Positions 46,001 through 56,116 of a DNA stretch of 64,000 nucleotides are shown here, piece after piece. The notes below the pieces were generated by a model that was given only the letters and a program-made list of their open reading frames with translations, had not been told where the DNA came from and did not search any database. A program made the translations under genes and the position numbers. The stretch is from an uncultured bacterium. Its GTDB lineage: Bacteria; Cyanobacteriota; Vampirovibrionia; Gastranaerophilales; Gastranaerophilaceae. Location of the stretch: NCBI GenBank assembly GCA_902791985.1, contig CADAYD010000005.1:50454-114453 (forward strand). The letters are read 5' to 3'. The first letter of the stretch is position 1; each line of letters opens with the position of its first letter.

Positions 46001-46795
46001 CTAATCCTCATTTTTTACATTTAAATTATATTCTAAAATAGTTTTTTCTTTTTCTTTTGCAATCCAGTTAGTTGCTATATCACAAACAGAAATCCCATCT
46101 TTTTCTATTGTATGCGTAAATTGATATGGCGTTTCGGTTCTGTTTGCAGTACATACTAAAGTATCTCCCAAGAATGTTTCTTTATTAAATCTTATATTAA
46201 GGCTTTTTAATTTATGGGTTTTCCTAAATTCTTCGGGGGCTGTTAACTCTGCGATATTTACATAACTTTTATTATTTACGTGTTTATTAAAATCTAAATC
46301 AGACAAATTGTTTGTATGCTCAATTTTTGTATAAATTTCGCTAGATGGAGGTAATACAAATTTTTTGTGTTCCCCTAAAACAAGTTCATTACATATTTTA
46401 AAACGTTCAGCCACGACATCAGTTTTTGCCGGTCGTTTCGTTTCTTTATCAATAATGAACCAGAGTGCATTACCTTTCGCAAATGTTTGTCCTTTATGTT
46501 TTATTTCATAATCTGTATAAACTTTTAATTTTGTTATTTCTGAGATCCATATATTTATTTCAATTTCTTCAGACCAAAATGGCAAATTGTCAACAAAATC
46601 AATATTAAATTCTGTTACAATCCACATTTGATTTGTTGCAAATAAATCGTAAGCCGCCATCTTTTTTGTTGCGGTATATCTTGCAAAAGCGTCTTGAAGA
46701 TACATTATTGCCGAAATAGGTCTTAATCTGTATTCAAATAAATCCATATTATCAAGGATTACATTGTATTTTTTTGTATATTTTTCGTTTTTCAT
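46001..46795 (-). CDS. Acyl-ACP thioesterase
   Basis: Double hot-dog length (264 aa) and N-terminal pattern (YRLRPISAIMYLQDAF, MWIVTEFNIDF) resembling FatA/B-type bacterial thioesterases. Confidence 0.7.
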   Translation of the reverse strand: MKNEKYTKKYNVILDNMDLFEYRLRPISAIMYLQDAFARYTATKKMAAYDLFATNQMWIVTEFNIDFVDNLPFWSEEIEINIWISEITKLKVYTDYEIKHKGQTFAKGNALWFIIDKETKRPAKTDVVAERFKICNELVLGEHKKFVLPPSSEIYTKIEHTNNLSDLDFNKHVNNKSYVNIAELTAPEEFRKTHKLKSLNIRFNKETFLGDTLVCTANRTETPYQFTHTIEKDGISVCDIATNWIAKEKEKTILEYNLNVKNED

Positions 46796-46894
46796 TAAGG
46801 CTCCTTATCTTTATTGTTTAGCCTAATAATAACACAAAATGAATTATAAATATTTACAACAGTCTAATTTTATATAATATGATATAATATTTTT

Positions 46895-48328
46895 ATGCAA
46901 ACATTTATTTGTGGAATTGTAATTTTAATAGTCGGGTATATTTTTTATTCTAAATATATATCAAGTCTTTTTGCTCCGGATGCCAGAAAAACTCCGGCAA
47001 TAAGTAAGCAAGATGGTGTTGATTTTGTACCTATTTCAAAAAACAGGAATGCTCTTATTCACTTACTCAATATTGCAGGCATGGGACCCATTATCGGAGC
47101 AGTACAAGGAATTTTATTTGGTCCAATCGCATTTATTCTGATTCCTCTTGGGTGTATTTTTGCGGGCGGAGTGCATGATTATTTTGCAGGGATGCTTTCT
47201 ATGCGAAATAATGGTGCACAGATAACAGGACTTATAAAAAAGTATTTAGGTGCAAATGCCTTTAAGATTTTTATGGTTATTGTATCAATAATGCTTTTGT
47301 TATTAGCGACTGTATTTGTCTATACTTCCGGAGATATATTTGTAGAAAGATTTTTCGGGGTAAAAGATTTTGTTATAACAAATCCTATTGTATTGGGCGC
47401 ATATTTAGTTATTTTATTATATTTTATATTCGCAACACTATTTCCTATTGATAAGATTATCGGTAAATTTTATCCTGCGCTCGGTTTAATGCTTATTATC
47501 GGAACGGGCTTGGTTCTTTGCGGATTTTTTATAAATGGAGTAAATTTGCAAAATTTCAGTTTAGCAAATTATAATTTACATCCTAAGCATTTACCACTTA
47601 TTCCTATGTTTTTTATGACTGTAAGCTGTGGTCTTTTATCGGGTTTTCATTCGACTCAGGCAACAATAATTTCAAGAACTGTTCAGTCTGAATATGACGG
47701 TAAAAGAATTTTTTATGGAATGATGTGTGTTGAATCCCTTATTGCAATGGTTTGGGCTGCTGCCGCAATGGATGTATACAGTTTGAATCTTGTTCCGCAA
47801 AATCTAATAGGTACGGCAAATGTAGTTAATATTGTCGCAAATAAATTTGTCCCCTTTAATTTGGCATTTCTGGTTACTTTGGCAGTGATAATTTTGCCAA
47901 TAACGTCAGGAGATACGGCTCTGAGAGGTTTAAGAATAACAATTGCCGATGCTCTAAATTTAGAACAAAAAAAGATTGCAAACAGGTTAATGATAGTTAT
48001 TCCCATTGTATTGTGTGTTTTGGGAATTTTAGTATGGGCAAAATTAAATGCAGGGAGTTTTGGCTTAATATGGCGCTATTTTACGTTTTTTAATCAATTA
48101 ATAGCAATCCCTACACTCCTTTGTGCAACAATTTATTTGGCAAAAGAAAATAAAAACTTTATTCCCACTATTTTGCCGGCATTATTCTATATATTTATAA
48201 CAATGTCATTTATATTCAGCGAAAAAATAGGATTTGATTTGCCTTTAATTTATGCCGAAATTATTGCAATTGTTATAACAATATTATCACTTATTTATGT
48301 GTACAATATTATTAAACGAGATAAATAG
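46895..48328 (+). CDS. cstA: Carbon starvation protein CstA family transporter (short form)
   Basis: CstA-like motifs (HLLNIAGMGPIIGAVQGILFGP, GGVHDYF) and a polytopic profile. Confidence 0.8.
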   Translation: MQTFICGIVILIVGYIFYSKYISSLFAPDARKTPAISKQDGVDFVPISKNRNALIHLLNIAGMGPIIGAVQGILFGPIAFILIPLGCIFAGGVHDYFAGMLSMRNNGAQITGLIKKYLGANAFKIFMVIVSIMLLLLATVFVYTSGDIFVERFFGVKDFVITNPIVLGAYLVILLYFIFATLFPIDKIIGKFYPALGLMLIIGTGLVLCGFFINGVNLQNFSLANYNLHPKHLPLIPMFFMTVSCGLLSGFHSTQATIISRTVQSEYDGKRIFYGMMCVESLIAMVWAAAAMDVYSLNLVPQNLIGTANVVNIVANKFVPFNLAFLVTLAVIILPITSGDTALRGLRITIADALNLEQKKIANRLMIVIPIVLCVLGILVWAKLNAGSFGLIWRYFTFFNQLIAIPTLLCATIYLAKENKNFIPTILPALFYIFITMSFIFSEKIGFDLPLIYAEIIAIVITILSLIYVYNIIKRDK

Positions 48329-48863
48329 TTTTTGACTAAAAACATGCAATAATTTATCCAGAAAAAGAATTTGCTATATGATTTCACTACAGATTGGTTC
48401 CGATGTATCTTTGCCGGAAAAATAAAGAAAGAATTTCTCGTCTGATGGCTGATTTACTAATGCGAAAAACTCATTGTTTTGACAAATAATCTCCAATATT
48501 CTTATCGCTGATTTGCAGTATAATAATTCTATAAAGGCTCTTATTCCAATTTTGATGTAACTGAACAGACTTTGATATTATTAATTTCAGGAGAGTTTTG
48601 AAAAGCTCATTCCAAGCTATATCGGGACAAGCATTGAAAATAAGCCGGCATATTTGATGCGGAATGAAAAGTTGCACAAAAATATCCATGAGAAATACAG
48701 TTTTACCCCGACAATAGAAGCAAACAACGCCTTTAAAAATATTATCACCTATAGTAGCAACATTTGTGACTTATGTTAATTTTTTAGATTAAATACTGTT
48801 CAAAGGGTGTTTAAGAGATGTTTTAATAATTAAACACATTTAAACACAAAACTTATCAAAAAA

Positions 48864-49010
48864 AAGTATCAGTAACTTTGAAAATGAATTATCAGAGAGT
48901 TTTAGAATGTGTATCAGTTTGTTTTGAAAGATTTCCCTCAAAACTTAAAAAGTTTGAGAATTCTCTCAAACTTCCGGGGGTACTTTTCTCAATCTCTCTG
49001 ATAATCTACA
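48864..49010 (+). repeat. 147-bp direct repeat, copy 1 (partner at 60960..61106)
   Basis: The last 71 nt (48940-49010) are identical to 61036-61106. The first 76 nt are similar with scattered substitutions. It contains the hairpin TTTGAGA-ATTC-TCTCAAA followed by ACTTCCGGGGG. Confidence 0.9.
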
Positions 49011-49153
49011 GCCGAGCTGTAAGTCTCACAAAAAATTCAACAAATAAAAATGTAATTGAAATTGAGAGGGAAGATGCTTCCCACTATAAAATAACATTAG
49101 AAAACAGAAAAAGTAACAGAAACTTCCAGAAAAAAAACAATAAAACACATAAT

Positions 49154-49190
49154 AAAAGCTGAGAGTTAGAGTAAAATTCTCAGCTTTTAT
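49154..49190. terminator. Bidirectional terminator downstream of the Fe-ADH gene
   Basis: AAAAGCTGAGA...TCTCAGCTTTT with flanking A/T runs. Confidence 0.65.
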
Positions 49191-49212
49191 TCGGATTTAA
49201 GAATTAAATGTA

Positions 49213-50406
49213 CTATAATGACTCTCTATAAATAGCAGATACAGCTTCTTTTGTTGCTTTTGTCGGTGCTATTCCCAATAAGCCATCCAGAGAAGGTGTA
49301 GTAAACGCAAGTTCTGTTAATTTTTCGACATCAGCATCACTAAATCCTTCATCTTTTAGTTTGTTTGGAACGTCAACCGATTTAAGCCATTCATAAACAC
49401 CTTCTGCTGTTTTTTGAGCATCTGTTGTATCTTTGACAATAGGTTCAAGAATATATTGCAAAGTTTCTGCTTTGGCAGAATAAATATTTTTAATAACGGC
49501 AGGAAGCAAAATAGCCAATCCTAAACCATGTGAAAAATCAGGTTTCATAGCACTCAATGGGTGTTCAAGTGCGTGAGTATAATGTAATAATCCGTTGTCA
49601 AAGCAAACTCCGCCCATTAAAGCCGCATAACATAGATAATATCTTGCTTCCTTATCAGCAGGATTTTGAATCGCTTTTGGCAGATATTTCCCGACAAGTT
49701 CAATTACTTGTCTTGCTAATGTAACCGAATATGGAGATGCAACTGTTGATGTCGCTGCTTCAATTACGTGGTTAACCGCATCAATTGAAACATATCTAGT
49801 TTGTTTTGGAGATAAACCTGTCATCACGTCAGGATCGTCAATAGCAAATTCAGGATAAATACAATCATAGGCAATCGCAGGTTTATAATTCTTTTTTAAA
49901 ATTGTTGCAACCGCAAATCTGTTTGTTTCAGAGCCTGTTCCATGTGTAAGATTAATTGCCACAACAGGAACAGCTTCTGTCGGAGTGAATTTAAATTCAT
50001 ACAAGTTGCTACCTGTTTCATTCGGATATTTTAAAAGAATTGCAACCGATTTTCCTGCATCAGTCGGTGAACCGCCGCCTATTGTAATAACTGCTTTTGC
50101 CCCAAACTCACGAGCCATTTTTGTTGCTTCATCAATAGCATCAGTTGTTGGGTTTGGTGTAACTTTATCATAATTGATGTATTCAATTTTATTTTCTTTT
50201 AAAGCTTTTTCAACAACATCCCAAGCGCCTGTTGATTTATAAGCATTTTTGCCTGACATTACAACAACTTTATTTATTCCGCGTTCTGCATAAATATGTG
50301 CGATATCATTTATCTTCTGAATAGCACCACAGCCGAAATAAACAGTTGTTCTTGTTCTGATTTCTCTGACTTCATTGACGTTTAAATCCTTTTCCCAATT
50401 CATCAT
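49213..50406 (-). CDS. Iron-containing (group III) alcohol dehydrogenase
   Basis: Fe-ADH signature ITIGGGSPTDAGK and metal-binding His cluster (HALEHPLS). Confidence 0.9.
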   Translation of the reverse strand: MMNWEKDLNVNEVREIRTRTTVYFGCGAIQKINDIAHIYAERGINKVVVMSGKNAYKSTGAWDVVEKALKENKIEYINYDKVTPNPTTDAIDEATKMAREFGAKAVITIGGGSPTDAGKSVAILLKYPNETGSNLYEFKFTPTEAVPVVAINLTHGTGSETNRFAVATILKKNYKPAIAYDCIYPEFAIDDPDVMTGLSPKQTRYVSIDAVNHVIEAATSTVASPYSVTLARQVIELVGKYLPKAIQNPADKEARYYLCYAALMGGVCFDNGLLHYTHALEHPLSAMKPDFSHGLGLAILLPAVIKNIYSAKAETLQYILEPIVKDTTDAQKTAEGVYEWLKSVDVPNKLKDEGFSDADVEKLTELAFTTPSLDGLLGIAPTKATKEAVSAIYRESL

Positions 50407-50415
50407 AATACCCTC

Positions 50416-51891
50416 CTATATTTTAGAAATATCTTCACTGTTTTGAGTAAAATTATCAATTAACTTTTTAGCCGTTTTTTGATTATTTATTGTTGCATTA
50501 CCACCTATACAACCGCCTTCGCAGCACATAACTTCAATTAAATTACAACCTTCACAAACTCCGTCTGTCGCATATTTCTTTAACTGTTTTATGCTGTCTT
50601 TATTTAATCCGTTTACTATACAAGGTTTAACAGAATCTTCATCTTTAAGTGATTTCTTGACCGATTCGGCAACCCCGCCAGAATAACCAAAATTGCGAGC
50701 TTGTTTTGAAGCTTCAACAGTATATTTCCCTTCGTCCAATTCTGCAATTTGAATTTTCTTCGCGATAAATAAAGCACCCAGTTCTTCATAATTCATAACA
50801 TAATCTACATTTCTATTATCATAACCCTCTGCTCGTTTTGCTACGCAAGGGCTTACAAAGACAGTAATTGCAACCGGGTGTTCTTTTTTTACTATTTCGG
50901 CCGTATAGTATAAAGGAGTCTTTGTATCTGATACAAACGGCTTAATCTCCGGAAGATGTTTTTTAATCAGCTGATTGTAACCTGCACAGCAAGAAGTTGT
51001 CATAAAATTTTGACCGTTTCCCATACGCTCGGTAAATTCTTTTGCTTCGGTATTTGCCGTAATATCCGCACCTTGAGCAACTTCATAAACATCATCAAAC
51101 CCTGAATTTATAATTGCGGTTTTTAATTGATAAATGTTTCCCGGGAATTGCCCTATTATCGAAGGTGCTATCATTGCAATAACTTTTTTATCAGATTTCA
51201 TTGCTTTTAATATGTCAATAATTTGGCTTCTTTCATGAACCGCTCCAAAAGGACAAGCAGCAGTGCATCTTCCGCAATTTATACATTTATCATGATCAAT
51301 ACTCGCGAAACCTGTTTCATCTTTCTTTATTGCTCCTACAGGACAAGAATCTTCGCAAGGAACTGAAATTTTAACAATCGCTTTATAAGGACAAGCATTT
51401 ATGCACATTTGACATTTTTTGCACTTTGTATCATCAATAACTGATCTGCCATTTACAATAGAAATTGCTCCAAATTTACAAGTAGATTGACAAGGACGAG
51501 CTACACAGCCTTGACATAAGTCTGTTACATAAATTCTATTGGTTGCACAACCCTTGCACGCTGTCTGCAAAACTGTCAGATTTTTGTCACTGATTTCTTT
51601 TCTTTCTAAAGCCTGTTTGGCATAATCCGCCAAAGATACTGTTTCATCATCTTCTTCAATAGGGAAACCTAGTCCCGCAATAGTTCTGTCTTTAATTATG
51701 GCACGTTCTTTATACACACAACACCTATATGGAACCTCCATTCCTTTTGGTCTCATATCATAAGGAATAAGTCTTGTATGTCTCTCAAAATTATCGGAGA
51801 AAAAGGCTTTTATTATCCTGACCAGAATTTCTTTTTTTAAGTGTATTGTTTGTCCTGAATTATTCATTTGCATTTTCCTATTGTTTTGCAA
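50416..51891 (-). CDS. [FeFe]-hydrogenase catalytic subunit-like protein with variant P1 motif (TSCCA)
   Basis: Two 4Fe-4S ferredoxin motifs (CKKCQMCINACP, CINCGRCTAACP). The H-cluster motifs are TTSCCAGY, SPCVAKRAE and EVMCCEGGCIGG. Confidence 0.8.
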   Translation of the reverse strand: MQNNRKMQMNNSGQTIHLKKEILVRIIKAFFSDNFERHTRLIPYDMRPKGMEVPYRCCVYKERAIIKDRTIAGLGFPIEEDDETVSLADYAKQALERKEISDKNLTVLQTACKGCATNRIYVTDLCQGCVARPCQSTCKFGAISIVNGRSVIDDTKCKKCQMCINACPYKAIVKISVPCEDSCPVGAIKKDETGFASIDHDKCINCGRCTAACPFGAVHERSQIIDILKAMKSDKKVIAMIAPSIIGQFPGNIYQLKTAIINSGFDDVYEVAQGADITANTEAKEFTERMGNGQNFMTTSCCAGYNQLIKKHLPEIKPFVSDTKTPLYYTAEIVKKEHPVAITVFVSPCVAKRAEGYDNRNVDYVMNYEELGALFIAKKIQIAELDEGKYTVEASKQARNFGYSGGVAESVKKSLKDEDSVKPCIVNGLNKDSIKQLKKYATDGVCEGCNLIEVMCCEGGCIGGNATINNQKTAKKLIDNFTQNSEDISKI

Positions 51892-52138
51892 GTTGTCTTT
51901 CTATTTCTGCTATTACTTTTTCTACGGTTGCTTCTGATACAACTTCTTCATTTACTTTAACATATGGTGCTCTTGAATATTCCCAATTAATAGAGCATAA
52001 TCCCAAACAATTTGAAGCAGTAAGTTCAACTTTATCATCATACTTTTTGGGAATAATGTCGTGTAATTCTTGTAAGTTAGCTCCGCCCATCACAAAACAG
52101 GTTGTCCCTGTACATACTTTTACTGTAACCCTTTCCAT
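51878..52138 (-). CDS. Thioredoxin-like [2Fe-2S] ferredoxin (NuoE/HymA-like small protein)
   Basis: Cys pattern CTGTTC ... CLGLC in 86 aa. It is a paralog of 55127..55381. Confidence 0.65.
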   Translation of the reverse strand: MERVTVKVCTGTTCFVMGGANLQELHDIIPKKYDDKVELTASNCLGLCSINWEYSRAPYVKVNEEVVSEATVEKVIAEIERQLAKQ

Positions 52139-52148
52139 TTTAACTCCT

Positions 52149-53333
52149 TTATATAAATTGTACCTCGACTTTTTTTAAATATTTTTCTTCTAATACTTTA
52201 GCTATTTGTTTTATAATATTTTTCCTTATCTCAATTTCAATTGGCAAGTTCGGGTCATAATGAGCTTTGTTCATCTGAGCCCCTACTAAGAAACTTATTA
52301 CATCAGAATTTAATAAAAAGTTCATCAAAGTTTTTGCGGCATCATCTTCACTCTCACCACTTTGAAGATATTCCAATGTCTTAGTTAATGTCAGTATCCC
52401 TTCTGTAACTAAATCTACTCCATCCATTTTTAATAATCCGGGGAGTTTACCTCTGTTTGTGGACATATCCGCAATAACAGGAATATTTAATTCTCTTGAT
52501 ATTATATTGGCAGTTGTTCCGCCTGAGATAGCTTTTTTACCTTTAAAATCCATAAATGTTTTGGCATAGAAACTGTCTTTTTCACTATGGAAAGGCGGCC
52601 CGGTAAATATTAAAGATTCTCTTGGGTCCCTGTAATATATAGATAAAATTGAAGTATCGTCTTTCAATTCTCTTTTTGGTGCTATAAATTCTATTTGTTT
52701 TACCAAAAAATCACTCAAATCTTTTGATGATATTTCAGGTTCTTGTTCCAATTTACGAAGAATTATTTTTATAAGGCCGTTTCGTTCTAAACCGAGAGGA
52801 TATTCTTTAGTTCCCATTGCAACTTGTGTTGCCCCATCCGAACAAAAAATAATTCTGTCATATTTTTCAAGTTTAATATTATAAACTTTCATCTTACGAT
52901 TTTTAAAATCTTTAGATTGAATCGTCTGATATTCAGGCTTTAGAACCTCAAATTGAGGTTTGTTGCTGTCATTATATTTACCCCTAATCCAAATAAAATC
53001 AGGATTACCCTCTTCAACGATTTTTGCATTGCCGTCCTCAAAACAATCAATCGCAGAAAATGTTGAATAGCTTATTCCTCTAACTTTACAAACAGGAAGA
53101 GAATTCATAATAATCTCACAGGATTTTTCTATATCAAAATGGTTCTCCATAAATTTCAAAAGCATAGTTGAAGTCATACAAGCAAGAATATTTGCCTTTA
53201 TTCCGCTGCCTAAACCGTCAGACAACACTGCAACAACTCTGTTCATGTTTGGAAATCTGTTTGAAGCAAAATAATCGCCATACGCATTTTGGTTATATTT
53301 CTTTTTTTGAGAACAAGCAATATCTATAAACAT
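52149..53333 (-). CDS. PP2C/SpoIIE-type serine phosphatase domain protein
   Basis: GDYF...VAVLSDGLGSGIKANILA is typical of SpoIIE-like PP2C phosphatases. Its start codon overlaps the hydS-like stop, suggesting translational coupling. Confidence 0.7.
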   Translation of the reverse strand: MFIDIACSQKKKYNQNAYGDYFASNRFPNMNRVVAVLSDGLGSGIKANILACMTSTMLLKFMENHFDIEKSCEIIMNSLPVCKVRGISYSTFSAIDCFEDGNAKIVEEGNPDFIWIRGKYNDSNKPQFEVLKPEYQTIQSKDFKNRKMKVYNIKLEKYDRIIFCSDGATQVAMGTKEYPLGLERNGLIKIILRKLEQEPEISSKDLSDFLVKQIEFIAPKRELKDDTSILSIYYRDPRESLIFTGPPFHSEKDSFYAKTFMDFKGKKAISGGTTANIISRELNIPVIADMSTNRGKLPGLLKMDGVDLVTEGILTLTKTLEYLQSGESEDDAAKTLMNFLLNSDVISFLVGAQMNKAHYDPNLPIEIEIRKNIIKQIAKVLEEKYLKKVEVQFI

Positions 53334-55069
53334 TATTTCTTATCCTCATTTGAACTTGGCTCATAACCTTCAGCAATAGAACTTAAAAGCATCTCCGTTT
53401 CAACCATGTGTTCACCGAGTAAACTTGCGATTTCCTGAACGGTAGCAATATTTTTTGTAATAACTTCTCTTGCTTTTTGTGCAATTTTACTTCTGTCCAT
53501 CTCTGATTTTGTTACATCTGCTATCACTGCGCCTACTAGTTCGTTTTCTTCAATTGTAAATATGCTTATATCATAGAGTTTATCATCTATTGCGTAATGT
53601 TCTTGATGAATATCTTTTCCTGTGTCCAAAGCGGATTTAAAAAGTTCCGGGAATGTAACAATTCTATCTATACAAGCACCCGTCATACCGTTTTGGCGAG
53701 AAGCAAATACCTCATACATTTCTTCTGATAAGAACATATGTTCAAAGGCATCATTAGCTTCGACAATTTCCAAATTAGAATCAACAATTACAACTGCTGA
53801 CGGCATGCATCTCAGCATCGCGGCCGCTTTTCTTACTGCAATTTTTCTCATATAAGATACACATTGAGAAGTCTCCGCATCGCCTGCAATAAGAGCATTT
53901 ACAAACTCTCTGCAGCTTGAATAACCACAACCGGAGCAATTTAATTCGTCTTCTTCAGAATGCTTGCTTATTTTTTTCAAAGCATTTGATACTTGTTCAA
54001 GAGAATATTCAATTTTTTCGACCGGAGCAGGATTATATTCTTTTTCTACAACCTTTCTCGGTTCTTTAGGAACAACTTCACGATATTGAGTATTAGCATA
54101 AATATCAGACGTAATCAGAATTCTTGATTTATCACTTGATAAACAAGGCCCGTTTATACATCCGCCTGAACAAGCTAATGCCTCTACAAAAATTTTATTT
54201 TCAATTTTATCAGGGTTTATATTTTGCAACGATTTGTCAAAATCTTCTAATGAACTTACCGCAATAAATGTTACATCATTTTTATCTATACCAACCCTTT
54301 TAATTGTTTCGTTCATACCGCCTTCAAGAGGGTATAAAGCTCCTTCATAGGAATTTTCAGGAACAAATTTGCATGTTTCATCGGGCTCAATTTTTTCTAT
54401 ATCAATAAATTCTTCTTTTATCCAATAATTTAATTCATCAAAAGTTAAAGCGGCACTCATTAAATCAGGATGCTCATCTGCTTCGTTTTTCTTAGCTATA
54501 CATGGACCTATAAAGACAACTTTTATATCGTCACCCAAAATATCTTTTAAAAGCCCACAATGTGTAAGAGCCGGAGATGCAACAGGAGTAATACATTTTG
54601 CAAACTCAGGTTTATACATTTTTATATAATCATCTATAACAGGACAGGCAGAAGATATAAATAAACCTTTTTCTGTGCTATTCAACATTTTAGCCGTTTG
54701 AATTGAAACTTCCTGAGCGCCGAGAGCTGTTTCAGATACCCCTTCAAAACCAAGTTTTTTAAGAACGGCAATCATCTTTTCTTTCGAAATATTATATACA
54801 CCTGCCCAACTTGGAGCAAGTGATACATATACCTTTTTGCCAGCTATCATAAGAGTCTTAACAACGTCAATGTCATTCCTTACTTTTTTTGCTCCTGCAG
54901 GACAAATCTGTACACAATGACCACAAGCGATACATTTATCGTTAATAACCGAGGCTGAACCTTGTTGTATCCTAATAGCTTTGATATGACAGCCTCTAAT
55001 ACACTTGTAACAGTCATTACATTCATTTTTTAAAGTATAAACAGGATATTGTTTTTCCATATAACACAC
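53333..55069 (-). CDS. Sensory (group C, HydS-type) [FeFe]-hydrogenase with C-terminal PAS domain
   Basis: N-terminal ferredoxin motifs (CIACGHCVQICP). The H-cluster motifs have an altered P1 (ISSACPV, lacking the proton-relay Cys), plus IGPCIAKKNE and ALACSGGCINGP. There is an extra Cys cluster CSGCGYSSC..C and then a PAS-like segment (AVVIVDSNLEIVEANDAFEHMF). Confidence 0.8.
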   Translation of the reverse strand: MCYMEKQYPVYTLKNECNDCYKCIRGCHIKAIRIQQGSASVINDKCIACGHCVQICPAGAKKVRNDIDVVKTLMIAGKKVYVSLAPSWAGVYNISKEKMIAVLKKLGFEGVSETALGAQEVSIQTAKMLNSTEKGLFISSACPVIDDYIKMYKPEFAKCITPVASPALTHCGLLKDILGDDIKVVFIGPCIAKKNEADEHPDLMSAALTFDELNYWIKEEFIDIEKIEPDETCKFVPENSYEGALYPLEGGMNETIKRVGIDKNDVTFIAVSSLEDFDKSLQNINPDKIENKIFVEALACSGGCINGPCLSSDKSRILITSDIYANTQYREVVPKEPRKVVEKEYNPAPVEKIEYSLEQVSNALKKISKHSEEDELNCSGCGYSSCREFVNALIAGDAETSQCVSYMRKIAVRKAAAMLRCMPSAVVIVDSNLEIVEANDAFEHMFLSEEMYEVFASRQNGMTGACIDRIVTFPELFKSALDTGKDIHQEHYAIDDKLYDISIFTIEENELVGAVIADVTKSEMDRSKIAQKAREVITKNIATVQEIASLLGEHMVETEMLLSSIAEGYEPSSNEDKK

Positions 55070-55126
55070 TCCGGATATTTTATATTTACTAATTATTTTA
55101 TTTTTACCTCTTAATAACCCCTACCC

Positions 55127-55381
55127 CTAGTTCAAGTTAATTATTTTTTTATACAAATCCAGGACTTCTTTAATTTTTTCTTTGGTAACATTTGTATATT
55201 CTTTATCATTTATTATAATTCTCGGACCTATATCACACTTGTTTTCGCACAATGCACCAACAATTGTGATTTCTGAATCAAGGTTATTTTCTTCAATATA
55301 TTCTTTTATGTATTCCAAATTTTCCTGATTCCCTTTTGCAAAACAGGCACTTCCCATACATATTTTTATTTCTGTAGTCAT
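55127..55381 (-). CDS. Thioredoxin-like [2Fe-2S] ferredoxin
   Basis: Cys pattern CMGSAC ... CENKC in 84 aa. Confidence 0.65.
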   Translation of the reverse strand: MTTEIKICMGSACFAKGNQENLEYIKEYIEENNLDSEITIVGALCENKCDIGPRIIINDKEYTNVTKEKIKEVLDLYKKIINLN

Positions 55382-55383
55382 AT

Positions 55384-55998
55384 TTATTGTTCCTTATCTT
55401 TTATTGTAAATTGCAAAAAATTGCTTATCAAATTTTCATTCCAGACTTTCACGTCATTAGGCAAGTCCAGAACACAAGTTGTAAAGTTCCAAATATATTT
55501 AATTCCTGCACCCGCAAGATAATTAGCCACGCCTTGTGCATATTCTCTGGGGACAGTAAGTATTGCAGCCTCCACATTAAGCCTGGAAGCCAAATTTCCA
55601 ACTCTTGAAATATCAAAAACCTCTTTGCCGTTGATTGTAGTTCCTATTTTTTTAGGATCTTTATCAAACATCGCAAGAACATTCAATCCATAATCTTTAA
55701 AACCATCGTACTTTGCAAGTGCAGAACCTAAATTACCTGCTCCTACAACAAAAATATCTTTAGTTTGTTTGAACCCTAAACATTCTTCAATTTTACGTTT
55801 GAGTTCTTTAACTTCGTATCCGACTCGGCATTTGCCTTGATTATCTAAATATTTCAAGTCTTTTCTTACCTGAGAATTGTCAATTTTTAAAAGATTCGCA
55901 AACTTTGTACTTGAAACATATTTTTCATCTTCTCTCATGTCTTCAAGTATAAAGTGATACATTGTTAATCTGTTTATAACTTTTTCAGGAATATTCAT
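55384..55998 (-). CDS. rex: Redox-sensing transcriptional repressor Rex
   Basis: N-terminal winged-helix region (RLTMYHFIL, VSSTKFANLL) and a Rossmann motif VVGAGNLGSAL. Length is 204 aa. Confidence 0.9.
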   Translation of the reverse strand: MNIPEKVINRLTMYHFILEDMREDEKYVSSTKFANLLKIDNSQVRKDLKYLDNQGKCRVGYEVKELKRKIEECLGFKQTKDIFVVGAGNLGSALAKYDGFKDYGLNVLAMFDKDPKKIGTTINGKEVFDISRVGNLASRLNVEAAILTVPREYAQGVANYLAGAGIKYIWNFTTCVLDLPNDVKVWNENLISNFLQFTIKDKEQ

Positions 55999-56116
55999 TT
56001 CTTAACCCTATTAATTAATTTTATTATACAAAATTTTTCTTTAAAAGTGAAAGGTTAAGGGCTACGCAAGAGTATGGTAGAGCATAGCCCTTTGACCAAT
56101 TCAGACAATTCTGTTT

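Noticed and set aside
48329-48863. Non-coding gap after cstA with a 72-aa minus-strand ORF (48471..48689). I considered an integrase or recombinase remnant adjacent to the direct repeat.
   Set aside because: No tyrosine- or serine-recombinase motifs are recognisable in any frame, and there is no RBS. Left unannotated.
48878-49162. 94-aa ORF, and the similar 61062..61307 minus-strand ORF.
   Set aside because: Both lie inside the 147-bp direct repeats and flanking repeat words. They lack an RBS and have odd composition, so they are most likely non-coding.
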